Part shown: one piece after another, positions 14,477 to 28,418 of the stretch | Position numbering within the stretch: position 1 is the first letter of the stretch | Layout of the letters: each line of letters starts with the position of its first letter | NCBI GenBank assembly: GCA_964016885.1 | Contig: OZ024740.1 | Coordinates: forward strand, 238,762,001-238,826,000 | DNA from: Eledone cirrhosa | Lineage: Eukaryota | Direction: 5' to 3' | DNA length: 64,000 bases | The notes under the pieces: model-generated | Database searches by the model: none | Seen by the model: only the letters and a program-made list of their open reading frames with translations | Told to the model about the DNA's origin: nothing | Made by a program: the position numbers and the translations under genes

Positions 14477-14657
14477 GGATTGGCAGTATGGGTAGAGGGT
14501 CGGACGCCATGCTTTGACGTATAGAGTTATGGCCCTTGTCATTCCGAGTTCAAATCCCGCCAAGGTTAACTTTGCCTTTCATCCTTACGGGGTCGATAAA
14601 ATAAAGTACCACTAATGCACTGGGTAATTGCTGGCCTTGTGCCAAAAGTAGAAACAA
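14477..14657 (+). mobile_element. SINE family A copy with TSD
   Basis: TTATTCATAAGACTAAGT duplicated at 14459 and 14658. Confidence 0.88.
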
Positions 14658-14701
14658 TTATTCATAAGACTAAGTAATCTGAAGCTTATGGGTCTGTCAT
14701 C

Positions 14702-15370
14702 CTCATCATCATCATCATCATTTTATGTCCGCCTTTCCCTGCTTACAAGGGTGGGACGGATCCAATTCAACACAGCATCTCTCCACTTGTCACGGTCCTT
14801 CGTCATCTCCTCGGTGAGTTCAGCGATCTGAGGTCTGCTCTCACCACCTCCGCCCATGTTTTTTGTGGTCTTCCTCTATTGCGTCTTCCTTCTACTGGGA
14901 TTTTTTGGCACTTCTTTACCCAGCGGTCATCCTCCATGCACATCACATGTCCATACCATCTCAGTCTTCTCTCCTGCACACCACAACTTATCCCTCTTAT
15001 TCACGCACATTGACATTGCACATCCAACGGAGCATGCTTGCTTTATTTCTCTCTGGCCATTGCATATCCTCTGCAGTTGCTGCTCATGTCTCACTACCAT
15101 GCAGCATCGCGCATCTCACACAGGCATCATATAACCGTCCTTTCGTACGCAGGGAGAAACCCTTCTTTGTCAACAGAGGAAGCAGCTCCCTAAACTTCTT
15201 CCAACCTGTCCTTATTCTAGATACTATGTCCCCGGAACCCCCCCCCCTCCCATGCTAATCTGATCACCTATGTACCGGAAGCTATCAACCACTTCTATAG
15301 AACCCACCTGCATTGGAAAAATGTGTCTATCACTGCGATTACTACTGCCAACTTTCCCTGTACATCTACT
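14702..15370 (-). pseudogene. RTE LINE 3' fragment with (GAT)n tail
   Basis: RIRTGWKKFRELLPLL and GSETWA motifs; same family as 25235-25890. Confidence 0.85.
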
Positions 15371-16554
15371 GCATACATAGTTTTTTATTTATTTATATAT
15401 TTATTATTTTTATTCTAATCATGTTTTTTCTTTGCTGTAGTGGGGGTGAAATATTACAGTGTCCATATGGACTTTGTAATATGGACTTGAAATACCTGAA
15501 AGCATAGGGGCCTGTTCATGGGTTAATATGGCACAGGTGACAGGTGTGCAGATAGACAAGCAGTAAGTGCTGTGGTGTTGTGAGGGCTTCAGAGAAAAAT
15601 TTTACAAACAGAACACATAAGGCAGCTTTTTGGGTAGTGTTGTGGGGCTGCTCCTCTCCAAATTCTCAGGTGATGAGAGGCATATTGTGTTTCTTTGCAT
15701 GGAGTATCAAATATTCTTGGGCCAGCCCTTCCTTGGTTTTCCCACCTCTTAACCAATGGACCAACTAATCTTCCCTCTTATAGGACATGGTATGTATATA
15801 GCTAGACCAACAGTATATAATATATTGGTGTGGTGTGATGGGTGTATAAACAGAAAATGCTTATTGTAGTATATTGGAGATGAGTGTTTAGACAGTTTCA
15901 TGATAAATTGTTGGCATTATTGTTTAACCACAGGTCAGCCTAATCAAACTGACTTGTAATCAAAGACATTCAGCCATGGTCATTCCTTCTTTCCCCACAA
16001 ATATAGTGTATCTAGTGTCCATTATCTGATTTTTGCTTCCTTAAAATTTGATAGGGTAGGATTTGGCTGCTATTTCTGACACATCGAGCAACCACATAGT
16101 GGCACCATATTCATTACTAACAGGTATCAACACAGATGTGTGCCCTCTTAAATTTCTCAGCTAGATACATATAATCCCTAAACACATTTATGTTTACTTT
16201 TTACAATAAAATTCACAATATTGCATATAAAGTGAATTATAATAATAATCATATTAATAATAATAATTGTTTCTACTTTTTGGCACAAGGCCAGCAATTA
16301 CCCAGTACATTACTGGTACTTTATTTTATCGACCCCGTAAGGATGAAAGGCAAAGTTATATGTTTAATTATTGAGTTTTTCCTATAAAGAAAGAGCTCTT
16401 TTCTAACAAATAATAGTATTCAGGTAACAATTTTGCACAATATTTACTGTTTCACATGCAGATTGTATTTGTAAAGTGCATCTTAGCTGGTCACTTTCTT
16501 AGCCTGAAAACCTGTTTTTTTTTTTAGTCTATCACTTAGAAATTGGTTGTTGAC

Positions 16555-17085
16555 AAATTCGGCCTGCGCTCTCTGTCTTGCTGCCAGAGGGCAGGCCAGT
16601 TCCCTCAACACGTCGCTCTCAACGACATATTGAGAAGAAGCCTGGACGCAGCCTGGATGCAGCAGGCTTTCTGTCTCAACTGGAGCCAGCAGATCTAGAC
16701 TGCGGAGATGGCAAGCACCTTCTTCCCATTCGAAGGAGGTAGATCCCTCATCTGGGATGCCACCTGCTGCGACACGTTCTCCGCCTCCAACTTAGTTACT
16801 TCGGCCACAAACTCCGGAATTGCAGCCCACCTCACAGAAGAACATAAAATAAACAAATACAGGGGTTTGTCCGGCCACTTCCTCTCCGCACTGGTCACCA
16901 TCGAGACACTCAGGCGTACTTGGACCCTGTACTGCCAAGCACTTCCACAAAATTGGCACATCGGCAGCCTGTCTGAGGAGGGAACCCTGTGAAGTTGGGT
17001 GGCTGTTGCAGCGGGTTTCACTGGCCATCGTCCAAGGGAATGCTTTTGCCGTATTGTCAACGGGGTGCAGCACTTCTGCCCTCTT
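16555..17085 (+). pseudogene. Degraded CRE-like non-LTR retrotransposon C-terminal (restriction-like endonuclease) fragment
   Basis: GRSLIWDATCCDTF...E..K..KY...IET motif; a related piece lies at 22950-23160. Confidence 0.6.
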
Positions 17086-17433
17086 GCCCTAGGCCCAAAG
17101 CCCAATTACTCTATCCCTTCACCCCTCTCCTCTCTTCTGCAACACCAGAGATCTTGCCATCTTCTCCCCTTCCCAATCTTTTTCTTCTTTCTCACCCTCC
17201 TTTTTTTTCTTTTTTTCTTTTTTTTCTACATTTCCCTATTCTTTCTTTCATTTTGTTTCCCCTTCTTTTTTATTATTTCTATATTGAAAATAAACATGCA
17301 TTGTGTATAAATATTTCGTATCTCCAAAGAAATACGGTTTTAGGAAGCCGTAGCTATGCAAACACCGGGGTGGGGGGTGGGGGTGGGGAGGGCTAACGCC
17401 CTCTGGTGATGTCCAGCAGAAGCAAGGGGGACA

Positions 17434-17477
17434 ACCGTCTATGCATTTCAGGCTTAACTGGCCTTCGTCAGGACGGT
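17434..17477 (-). ncRNA. Minimal type I hammerhead ribozyme
   Basis: Minus strand: ACCGTC-CTGACGA-AGGC cagttaa GCCT-GAAA-TGCA-TA-GACGGT, with perfect stems I and II. Confidence 0.85.
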
Positions 17478-17735
17478 CCCTCCCACCACTTGCAACTGTT
17501 GGACAGGTGAGAATATATACTTTTCTCGTCTGTGTAAATGAGGTGATTAATCTCATTTGCATATGAAGCTGCATAAGTTGGCTCAACTTATAATAAAAAA
17601 GAAATAGGATTTCGCTAAGTTGAGCCAACTTATACAGCTTCATATGCAAATGAGATTAATCACCTCATTTACACAGACGAGAAAATATATATTCTCGCCT
17701 GTCTTCTAGTCCGGCAGTTGCAAGCGGTGGGAGGG

Positions 17736-17779
17736 ACCGTCCTGACGAAAGCCAGTTAAGCCTGAAATGCATAGACGGT
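17736..17779 (+). ncRNA. Minimal type I hammerhead ribozyme (one stem II mismatch)
   Basis: ACCGTC-CTGACGA-AAGC cagttaa GCCT-GAAA-TGCA-TA-GACGGT. Confidence 0.8.
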
Positions 17780-18769
17780 TGTCCCCCTTGCTTCTGCTGG
17801 ACATCACCAGAGGGTGTTAGCCCCCCGGTGTTTGCATAGCTACGGCTTCCTAAAACCGTATTTCTTTGGAGATACGAAATATTTATACATATTGTATAAA
17901 GCTATGCTTGAAGCGAAATCCTAAACATGCATTATTATTAAAAATTGCTAACTATATATTCAATGCATAAAAGAGATTTTTATTTCTGTACAGACATTAA
18001 TGTTTGTTTATATAAAATGAAAGAAAAGTTTCTTCTGTTGGTTTTAAAGTGTAATTAAATTTAATTTACCCTTTAAGAATATCTGAAATTCAATGAAATA
18101 AAGAAATATTTTAGTAAAATAACCAAGAAAACCAATATGCAAAATTTTGTTATTGAAGATTCGAGATGACAGATAATTTTGTTGTGAAAGATTTTGTAAA
18201 GTTTACCAAAACTGTGATTGCTAACTGCTGCACAGCTACCTGTTTTATCATTTGTGATACATAGTTACTTTTTCTTATCCTTTTAGCATTTACATTACTC
18301 TATATTTACTATTGTATTTTCATGGTAAACATTTTACCTCGCTTAATTATCTCATATAATATCGAATCTTTGAGATTTCGATATTATTTATTTTGTGAAT
18401 AATACCTTAACATCAGTATGAGTGGCCAGTTACAGCCAATTTGAACAGAAAGAGGTGAGAGAATTCTGGCCGGATATGGATGGTTTAAATGGTAATTGGT
18501 TAAATATAAAGTTTAGAAATATAATTAAAAAAATAACCACTTATAATAACTAGCTTTGTGTATTTATTTGCTGAGATAGTAAGGAAATGGTGTGGAAGTT
18601 GTTTGGCTGTCTAAGAGGATGAGTGAGTGAACACAGAAGGGAAATGAAAGTGTGAGGTATTTTTCAGTCATGCTTGATCAGAGTAGCAAACTGGGTAAGT
18701 GAGAATGATAGGATTAGAAAGGGAGTGGTAGGAGTAAGAGTTGTAACAAAGGCAGAAATGATAGCTTGA

Positions 18770-18808
<39 letters not shown>

Positions 18809-18809
18809 G

Positions 18810-19694
18810 TATGTAAAAGGTAAACAGAAATAACAACGCAATCAGTACAGTACATGGGAGGAATATATTAGTTTAATGCTTGAAATAGCAGAAAGAAGGT
18901 CTTAACGTTTCAAATGCTAGTCCTTCATCAGAAGAAAGAATGAGGAATTAGAAAGATTGAAGGGACGGGCAGGGTGGAATCGGAAAAAATGTTTTTAGAG
19001 AAAAATAACAAGTCCATTCATGTTGACATCTCTTGGAAAACCGTTGATGCTGGCGTTTTGTGTATGATATATTTTTTTTAGAAAAGTGGATGATGGAACG
19101 CATCTACCTGCAATGGAAAAAAACTGTTTTGTATATAGAGCTGTACGTGTGTGTGTGTGTGTTATTATATGTCCGTACGAAGCTAAGAGGATATGTGTGT
19201 GTGTATATGTAAGTAAAAAAGCATGTGTGTGCTTGTAAGTACAAAGCTGTGAGCAAAAGTATGTTAATAAAAGGGAGTGTGTGTGTATACAGAGCTGTAA
19301 AGGGAAAAGTAACGGTGTGTGAGTGTATTTTGTTGCTGTAAGAGTATATGTTTCTGACAATAAGAGAGCCATAAGGCACGTGTGTGTAACGGACGGGGTA
19401 AACGTGACAGGGGCAAAGGGTAGAGAAGCAAGTATGAACGTATATGTGTAATATTAAAGAAATTGGGAAGGGAAATTGAGTCCATCAGGGAAACAGGACC
19501 CAATACAGGTAAAATTCTGTTATAACAAATACCATTATATATTTCAGTATAACAAAATTTTTTCAATCCCCAGCCACATGCTCGATATGTTAGGTCGATC
19601 TTGTTATAAAGAATTTTTCATTACAATGAATTTTAGTTTATACCCCGTGAATTTCATTATAATGAAATTTCACTGTATATATACATATATATAC

Positions 19695-19725
<31 letters not shown>

Positions 19726-19804
19726 AAATGTAAACAGAAATAACAACACAATCAGTACAGTATATGGAAGGTTATATTAGGTTAACGCTTGATATAGCAG
19801 GAAT
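18810..19804 (-). mobile_element. Direct-repeat element of the 49.4-49.8 kb hammerhead family, with a nested MITE
   Basis: 18810-19030 matches 49400-49615; partial direct repeat at 19725-19804; decayed hammerhead at 18900-18935; flanked by CA/TA tracts. Confidence 0.7.
19504..19676. mobile_element. Tc1/mariner-pogo-type MITE
   Basis: Imperfect TIRs TACAGGTAAAATTCTGTTATAAC / TTATAATGAAATTTCACTGTA with TA ends. Confidence 0.55.
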
Positions 19805-19840
<36 letters not shown>

Positions 19841-20166
19841 TTATGCAGAAAATTCAGTAAGTCTGAAGAAAACTGGTGAGAATACCAAGGTCAGCACTCA
19901 GTGCAGAGTGTATATAATAAGGACAAAGTGGAGGTGTTACATAGGAGATTTATTGCTCAATCCTGGTTACAAATATTTCTCAAGCAGCTGACTCGTGATC
20001 TGGGTTGGCACCCCAGACCAGGCTCCAAATCTGCCTGATCCTCAAACCTAACATAAATCATCACCATTTCATCATCATTTCATTTTCCTGCTTGCAAGGG
20101 TGGGACGGGAACTGATTCTGGCTTGATTTCTACAGCTGGATGCCCTTCCTAACACCAACCTCATTT

Positions 20167-20551
20167 ACAGAACACACTCACTGTTTGGTTGGTTTTCGCT
20201 TTTCGCTTCTGTGTCTTTTATATTGGTAATCTAATTTATTCGGTCCTCAATGTTGCCATTGGCTGACCAACGGTAAAAAATAATACATTGTATGTCTACG
20301 CCATCTTCAAAAAGATGGCGTAGACATACAATGTAACGGGAGGAAACAATAGCACCACTGACGATGTTGCAGATGTGCAATGAAAGAACTTTGATAAACT
20401 ATATATATGTGTTTGTGTCTATATTGTATCTGTATTATTTTTGACCGTTGGTCAGTCAATGACAACATTGAGGACCGAATAAATTAGATTACCGATATAA
20501 AAGACACAGAAGCAAAAAGCGAAAACCAACCAAACAGTGAGTGAGTTCTGT
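20167..20551. mobile_element. Nested palindromic element with a degenerate hammerhead (20353-20396, +)
   Basis: Arms 20167-20286 / 20431-20551; inner 23-bp hairpin at 20285-20334; CTGACGA-t GTTGCA gatg TGCAAT-GAAA. Confidence 0.75.
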
Positions 20552-20658
20552 TATTAATTCTGGCAATATTACACAAATATGACCCTTCCCAAGTATGACA
20601 ATATTTGTTTCGACACACGATTTCATATAAAAAACCTCGCAAAACTAATTCATTGCCG

Positions 20659-20706
<48 letters not shown>

Positions 20707-21842
20707 ATATATATATATATACATAGACATATATAGGTATATATGCTAGGTATGTGTGTAACTATTGTTACAGGCAGTTCGTGAGTTAAAGCTATATATA
20801 TATATATTCACATCCAATTTTCTGAATAAAAGTGCAATGCAAACATACATGTGAAATATTAATTTTCTTACATAAGAAAAACCCTAATAACTAGAAAAGA
20901 AGGGTAATCATATTATATGGCAATCATAACTTTCTCAGTCGAATCTGAATTGATTGAAATTAGATATTTAGAATTTATGGATATGAAAGTCTACACTGTA
21001 AAGTGGTTATGTTGGTCACAACAAAAAGCCCCCAGTCGATGCTGTAAAGTGGTCATTTTGGTGCATGATAAAAAGTAGCCAGTTCACACTGCAACTGTGG
21101 TTGGCATTAGGAAGGGCATCCAACCATAGAAACCAAGCCAGAAACAGTTCTATGTGAGCAAGACATGATCATCTGATCTGGCTTGTCTCACAATGGGACA
21201 ACTCATCTAACTCATGCTATCATGGAAAAATGGATTTTAAACAGTGATGATGATGAAATATTCATTTTTAAAACAGAGGGGAAATGTGGTTGTATGATGT
21301 CTATACTTTTTTCAAAGTTATTAAAAGAGTGAGTGCGAATGCTAAAAGTGTGGAAAGAAACTGAGCTACAAACACAGCTTGCCAAGAACTCACCTATATG
21401 TTTTGGCACTTGCGATATTGAATAGGAAGTATTTGTTTCATGTATTGTGAAAAATATAAATGCTGTCTAAGACCTGTGGGGCTTTTGATGATCACATTTA
21501 TTTCACTCTTAGATAGAATATCAGTTTATTGCATTTACAGAGGACCTGGAAGCTATTTCTAACAGCTATGTAAACTGATGCAATGTTATAAAGTATTCTG
21601 TTTGAAGCCCAGTGAAATTAATGCAGCAGGTTTGACCTCACTACTTAATACTCTATTCAGTCAACCATTTTACATCTTGATTCCTTACATTGACTCAAGC
21701 TAATTTTCTTGCTGGATATGGATATAATCGATTAAGTAGACTCAAGTATATTACTGATACTTATTCTATTGGTCCTGGAAATATACAAACTAAAGTTGCA
21801 CTATCCTCCTCCTCCTCCTCCTCCCCCTCCTCCTCCTCCTAC

Positions 21843-21903
<61 letters not shown>

Positions 21904-24900
21904 TTTAAACTATTATCTGCAAGGCACACCCAAGCTGATACCAACTATTCCTGTCTTGTGCAGCTCTCATCCATGTAACACTCATAAACCATCCTGTCCT
22001 CTGCTTTTCTTCAACTTTCTGAACTTATCTCCCCCACCCTTCATTTTGTAAATCACTTTACTGTAGAGAAGTAATGAAAGTAGACATTTAATATCATGTT
22101 CTACTATTTTTATCACTTTTACTGTCCTCCATTGCTACTAATTATTTCATTTCCTACATTGGCACAAGGCCAAACATTAGGAAAAGAAGAGTAGTGTTGA
22201 TTGATTCATCCTCAGTACATGGTACTAATTGTATATATTCCAGAGAGATGAGGCAAGATCAAACACGTCAAGATTTGCATTCACAATGTTAAAAGACAAA
22301 ATTAAATACGTCAGTAAGTTCAAAGGTCTTTTGCGTTTGGATATGTTCATAAGGCGGCAAATTGGCAGAGTTGTTAAGACGTCGGATAGAATGCTTTACA
22401 TTATTTGTCCCTCCTCATTGCGCACTGTGAGTTCAAATCCTGCCGGGGTCAATTTGGCCTTTCAACCTTTCAAGGTCGATGAAAAAAAGTACCAGTCCAG
22501 TCCTGGGGCCGATTCTTCCTCTATAGAAAAATCGGTTGTGTTCAGACCTGGAGAGGGTTGGTCTCCACCAGTTTTAAAAGTGCCCTAGTCACGCTGTATG
22601 ATGGTGCCTCTATGACTCCACAAGGAGTTATGGGATCTTCATCCTTTTAATCTTTTATGTTCAGAGGGGAAAAAACATTCTCTGTTAACGTTTACAGCTA
22701 TATTTATAAAACACTCTATATCTCAAAGTACATATATCTAAAACATAGTGTTGCTGTGGAATGAATATTGGGACAATATCACAAATCTCTACCAAAATAT
22801 TTATCAAGTTATGCTTCAACTTGATGATTCTTTGCATATTCTTATTAAAGAAATAGTACTGACAATGTAAGGGAAATGCATTACTGAACCTTAAAGGATC
22901 ATAGGTTTTATGCAAATTTGTATTATTAAACTAATATATATAGTATCGGTCGCTCTCCAACAGGTTTGCGGTCGTGCCCCTGGCAATAGAGACTTCTGGT
23001 GCCCTTGGCCCTAGTGCTACCTCCCTGCTTACCACCATAGGCGCTGAGCTGGCTAGCCACAGGTGTGAGCCTCGCGAGATGGAATGGCTCTTCCAGTGCA
23101 TCTCCTTTACCATCCTCTTAGGAAACACCTTCTCCATTCTGTCTGCCGGGGCTGTGGGGCGGCCAGCATGTGGGACCCCATTTGCTCACCATACAGAGAG
23201 ATGGGGAGGGCGAGAGAGATGGAGGTGATGACAGTGGGAGTTTGGCTCTTCCGTGTTCGGACACATTTATCAATTTTATGGTTGGCTTTGCCTTTCATCC
23301 TTACGGGGTCGATAAAATAAAGTACCAGTAATGCACTGGGTAATTGCTGGCCTTGTGCCTAAAGTAGAAACAATTATTATAACTTGAAACTTCCTTTGAG
23401 TTCTGTTATATTACTAATTTTCGCTAAAGTTTTTATTCTTATAATTTCCTATGATCAATAAATAAATCTCTAAACATCTTTGCATAGCAGCATTGTAGAA
23501 ATACCCAAAGCAGTAGAGAGGGTCATATGGTGTTATGAGCCATGGCATGATTTGGCATGAGTGAGTATGGAATGTGTAATAGAAAATGCAGGTTAATAAT
23601 TTTATTATCAAAAGCTAGGTTCGTCAGCTTACCAAAGTGTAAGTTGAAAGGATTTTATTTGTGCATATACGGGTTACATAATTAGGAGAAGTGTCACACA
23701 TTCTAGAGCTTGCTTTGGGTGTCAAATACACAGGTGCCAGCTCAGATTATGATACATTATTTAGTTCTAAGTACCATGTTTCTTATTTTGCCATGAAATG
23801 AGTTCACATCTCACTATAATGGTGGAATGGAAAAGTCTGACATATATTAATTTTGCCACTAATAGACCTGGTTTGTAAATGTTCATTTAATATGTTTTGT
23901 TCATTTTTGTGTGGATGCTTGTAACATTTTTCACAGTAAGTGATCAGGATTTCTATAACAGGTTATCAGGATGGTAAATCTAGCTTGGGTGTTGTTAGTC
24001 GTATTGTTATTGAAAGAATGACAATAGAGGAAGTATTGAATGTATCCTTTAGTATATATATAACAGTTACAGATGATATTTTATTAAATAGTATTAACAA
24101 TTTGAAAGTGTGTTTAAACACACAAACACATACACAGAAAAATACACATACACATACATGCATATGTATATTATTAAAATTCTTCTATTAATGTATAAAC
24201 ACAAAATATATAAAATTCAATAATGGCATAAGTTTGTTGAATATCATTAAGCCACCAAGAAAGCCTCTATATAGTTGCTTGGCTTGCTAGAAATACCAGA
24301 CATTTTCCCTTCAAATCATTCTTTATTGTGTCTAAAAAGGAAGGACACACTGAATAGCGTAGTCCCAGATATACTATACTTGAAAAAAACAAAACAGGAT
24401 GATCTCATCTTGAGCACCTTTAATCTTAGGTCCGCTCAATCAGAGTTGACCTGGGGCTAAGCCACAACAACAACAACAGTAATGAAAATGGTAACTATCA
24501 GATGCAGATGTAAGCTGGAAATGACTTAATCAACAAAGAATCAGAATTAGAAGAGCCTAAGTAACTTCAATAAATTGGAATGAATTAGGATACAGTTCCT
24601 CTAAAGACTCCGTGTATGGCTTTGACACAGAACTACAAACGATTTAGCATCTGCTGATGTTCTTGTTATTGAGAAGAACACATAAATGAGCTAGTCAGTG
24701 AATGCCTAAAAACCTCTACTTCATGTAGAAAAGGTCACCAACATCATATCTAGCCAGCTAGAAAATAGCATAATACCAACTGGGTGAACATATCTATTTA
24801 AGGTGCACAAACGTGAACCAAAAACAGAAAGAAAGAAATTGCACATGTTGTCTCTAGTAAAGAAACACTCTTATGTAAAATAGCCTGGCACTTGTCCACA

Positions 24901-25234
24901 ATCCTCAAACCTACACCCCATACTCTTTCCAGACATGTCAAAATCCTTAATGATGTCATTAGCAAACTTAATGGACTTAACCTCACCAATTTTTCCACCA
25001 TTGTTACACTTCACAAATAGTACACTGTAATACTCACACAAACACCATCACTGGAGGAAACTAAATATGAAAATAACACACACACACATACACACTTACA
25101 CACATACACACATACACACATACACACACACATATACACATATATATATACACACACATACACACACATATATATACACATATATATATATACACACACA
25201 TATGCACACACATATACACACACACACATACACA

Positions 25235-25890
25235 TCATCATCATCATCATCATCATTTTACATCCGCTTTTCCCTGCTTGCAAGGGTGGGAGGGGTCTTA
25301 TTCAGCACAGCATCTCTCCACTTGTCACGGTCCTTCGTCATCTCCACCGTGAGCTTCAGCGATCTGAGGTCTGTTCTCACCACCTCCGCCCATGTTTTTC
25401 GTGGTCTACCTCTACCACGTCTTCCTTCAACTGGCATTTCCTGGCACTTCTTCACCCATCGGTCATCCTCCATGCGCATCACATGTCCATACCACCTCAG
25501 TCTCCTCTACCGTACACTACATTCTATCCCTCTCAGACACAGTTTCTCTCTCAACACATTCACGGTGGGTCATTCACGCACATTGACATTGCACATCCAA
25601 CAGTGCATGCTTGCCTCATTCTCTCCAGCCATTGCATATCCTCTGCGGTTGCTGCCCAAGTCTCACTACCATGCAGCATCGCGTTCCTCACACAAGCATC
25701 ATATAACCGGCCTTTCATACGCAGGGAGAAACCCTTTTTCATCAGCAGAGGAAGCAGCTCCCTAAACTTCTTCCAACCCGTCCTTATTCTAGATACTATG
25801 GCCTCGGAACCCCCTCCCCCTCCCATGCTAATCTGATCTCCTAGGTACCGGAAGCTATCAACCACTTCTATATCACCCGCCTGCATTTGA
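25235..25890 (-). pseudogene. RTE LINE 3' fragment
   Basis: FRYLGDQI, RIRTGWKKFRELL and GRGRPRKTW motifs; (GAT)n tail. Confidence 0.9.
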
Positions 25891-28120
25891 AAAAAAAAAA
25901 TACATATATATATACACACATATATATACACACACATACACACACACACATATATACACATGTACACACACACAACCAGTAAACAGGAAACATTTGTACC
26001 CAATATGAATTACAAAACTAACAATAAAGCATTATAGAGTATTTAACAACATCAGTAACAACAACAGCCACACCACACCTCATGTTATAATAACAACCTG
26101 AAATAAGGTACTTACACTGCAACACTAAACAAAAGTTCTTATTAGACATTTCTTGAAAACCAGTCACCAAAGTCTTTGCCACAAAGACAAACACAGAAGG
26201 AAAAATATGAAAATATATACCTTTTCTCCATCCTCACCCTTGATTTTGAGCTCTTCTTTCCACCAACATCCCCAAAGCAAAGTAAATCTAAAAGCTCAAA
26301 AGTCTCAGGGTCAAACAAAATAACAACCATACACCTAAAATACCAAGAGCGTAGATGAGTCAATGTACTAATACTCAGTTTTCCAGTATCTGGAAGTTGA
26401 GCAAAATAACAAATCTAAAGTCTAAATAAAAAAAAATGAAACCGTGATCATATAAAGCTATGGGAATTGCTTGTTTTGGTTTTTATTAATTACTCTACAG
26501 TAATTAGCAGTATCGGTAGAGTGTCGGATAACATGCTTTGTGGCATTGAATTACGGTCCTTTACGTTCTGGGGTTGATAAAATAAAACACCAGTAATGCA
26601 CTGGGGTTGATTTAAGCGATTTCCCCACCCCCCCAAATTGCCGGCCTTGTGCCTAGAGTAGAAATTATTAATTACTTTACAGTAAGTAGTAGTATTGGTA
26701 GAGTGTTGAATAACATGCTTTGTGGCATTGAGTTACGGCCCTTTATGTTCTGAGTTCAAATCGCACCAAAGTTAACTTTGCCTTTCATCCAGGGTTGATA
26801 AAATAAAGTATCAGTAAATCACTAGGGTCGGTTTAATTGACTTTCCTCTCGCCACCAAAGTGTTGGCCTTGTGCCTAAATCAGAAACCATTAATTACTTT
26901 ACATTACTCTATTTAGTGAAACAATTTAAAGAAAAGTTATCTCAATACATTATCTAATGTTCATTTTAAAATAGAGTGAAGTGATTTGAGTCCCATACTC
27001 ATATGGCTCCAGCTGATAGTACCTGATATGGGCCCCTATCCAGAGTTACAGACACCACAACTTGATTTTAAGTTAGTTTTCAGCCTGTTTTGAGGCTAGC
27101 AACCTCACTTCCATATATCATAACTGCTTTAGAAATGATGAGCAGATACTTGGCCTGGGTACAGGCTCATGACAGGACTCGTAACTGAGTGAAATGGAGG
27201 TCTGTTGTTCCCAAATGTTATATGAGGATTGAAAAGAATTAATCACCGGTGATATAAAGAATAACTGAAAGAGCAGACATTACTAGTTAACATGGCATTG
27301 CTTAAGTATATTAATAGAAATATATTTTTTGCTAATCCACAGCAGGCTCATAAATTCAACACAAAATAATATATATAAATGAATTAGAACAGTAAATAAC
27401 AATACTAGAGTTATAACAACATCAAAAGAACAGCATGATGATAGCATTCTAACTAAATAACAACCACAATTGGTGTTATTTAAAGTTATTCAAGACAAAT
27501 GTTTTAGTCTCAACATATAATGTCACAGGGGAAATATTCTTTGAATTTGATATCAGTTTGGCTAATTTTTTGGTGTCATTGCATGTAAAAATATATTTGA
27601 GAGTGGCAAGACAGCTACCAACAAAGATTTGTGAAAAATGTACCATACTACTAATGTTTTTAGGATTTTGGCAAGTTTACATAATAATTTGGTAACATAG
27701 CAACTGGGCGGAAAAAGCCTACTGAGATGTCAAGGAAACACAATCATTTGCATTTAATATTCGAAATGTCACAGCATGCAACATTTTAAATACATTAATT
27801 TTGATGTGTGTGACAGTGAATGAGAATCTAAGTGAATGAGAATCTAAGTGAATGAGAATCTAAGATGTACACTATATAATGAGAGATAGTGAAAAAAAAA
27901 AAAAATGAATACATATATTTATCTAAACATCTATGTACAATCAATCAATGAGAACTACAACATTCTTGGGGGATGAGGGAAAAATATTGTCATAGTGTGG
28001 TTAAAATTTTGTAGCTCCTATTATCAAAACTGCCTGCAAATGACATATTATCAAGATTTAATATACTTCATCCTTAAAAATGTAATCACTTAAATAAGCT
28101 ATACCAAATGTTAAAATCCC

Positions 28121-28418
28121 GAGCAAAAGATTTTTAGTAAAGTGTATCCTTCATTTGAGAGCAAAAGATTTTAGTAAAGTGTATCCTTCATTTGGGAGCA
28201 AAAGATTTTAGTAAAGTGTATCCTTCATTTGAGAGCAAAAGATTTTAGTAAAGTGTATCCTTCATTTGAGAGCAAAAGATTTTAGTAAAGTGTATCCTTC
28301 ATTTGGGAGCAAACGATTTTAGTAAAGTGTATCCTTCATTTGAGAGCAAAAGATTTTAGTAAAGTGTATCCTTCATTTGGGAGCAAAAGATTTTAGTGAA
28401 GTGTATCCTTCATTTGGG
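28121..28418. repeat. Minisatellite, 37-bp unit x8
   Basis: GAGCAAAAGATTTTAGTAAAGTGTATCCTTCATTTG(A/G) in tandem. Confidence 0.95.

Larger units (their letters stand above)
17304..17889. mobile_element. Palindromic non-coding element (arms 17304-17590 / 17616-17889) with hammerhead motifs; Penelope-like pLTR
   Basis: Near-perfect inverted arms of about 280 bp around a 25-nt spacer; flanking TAAACATGCATT duplication. Confidence 0.85.
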
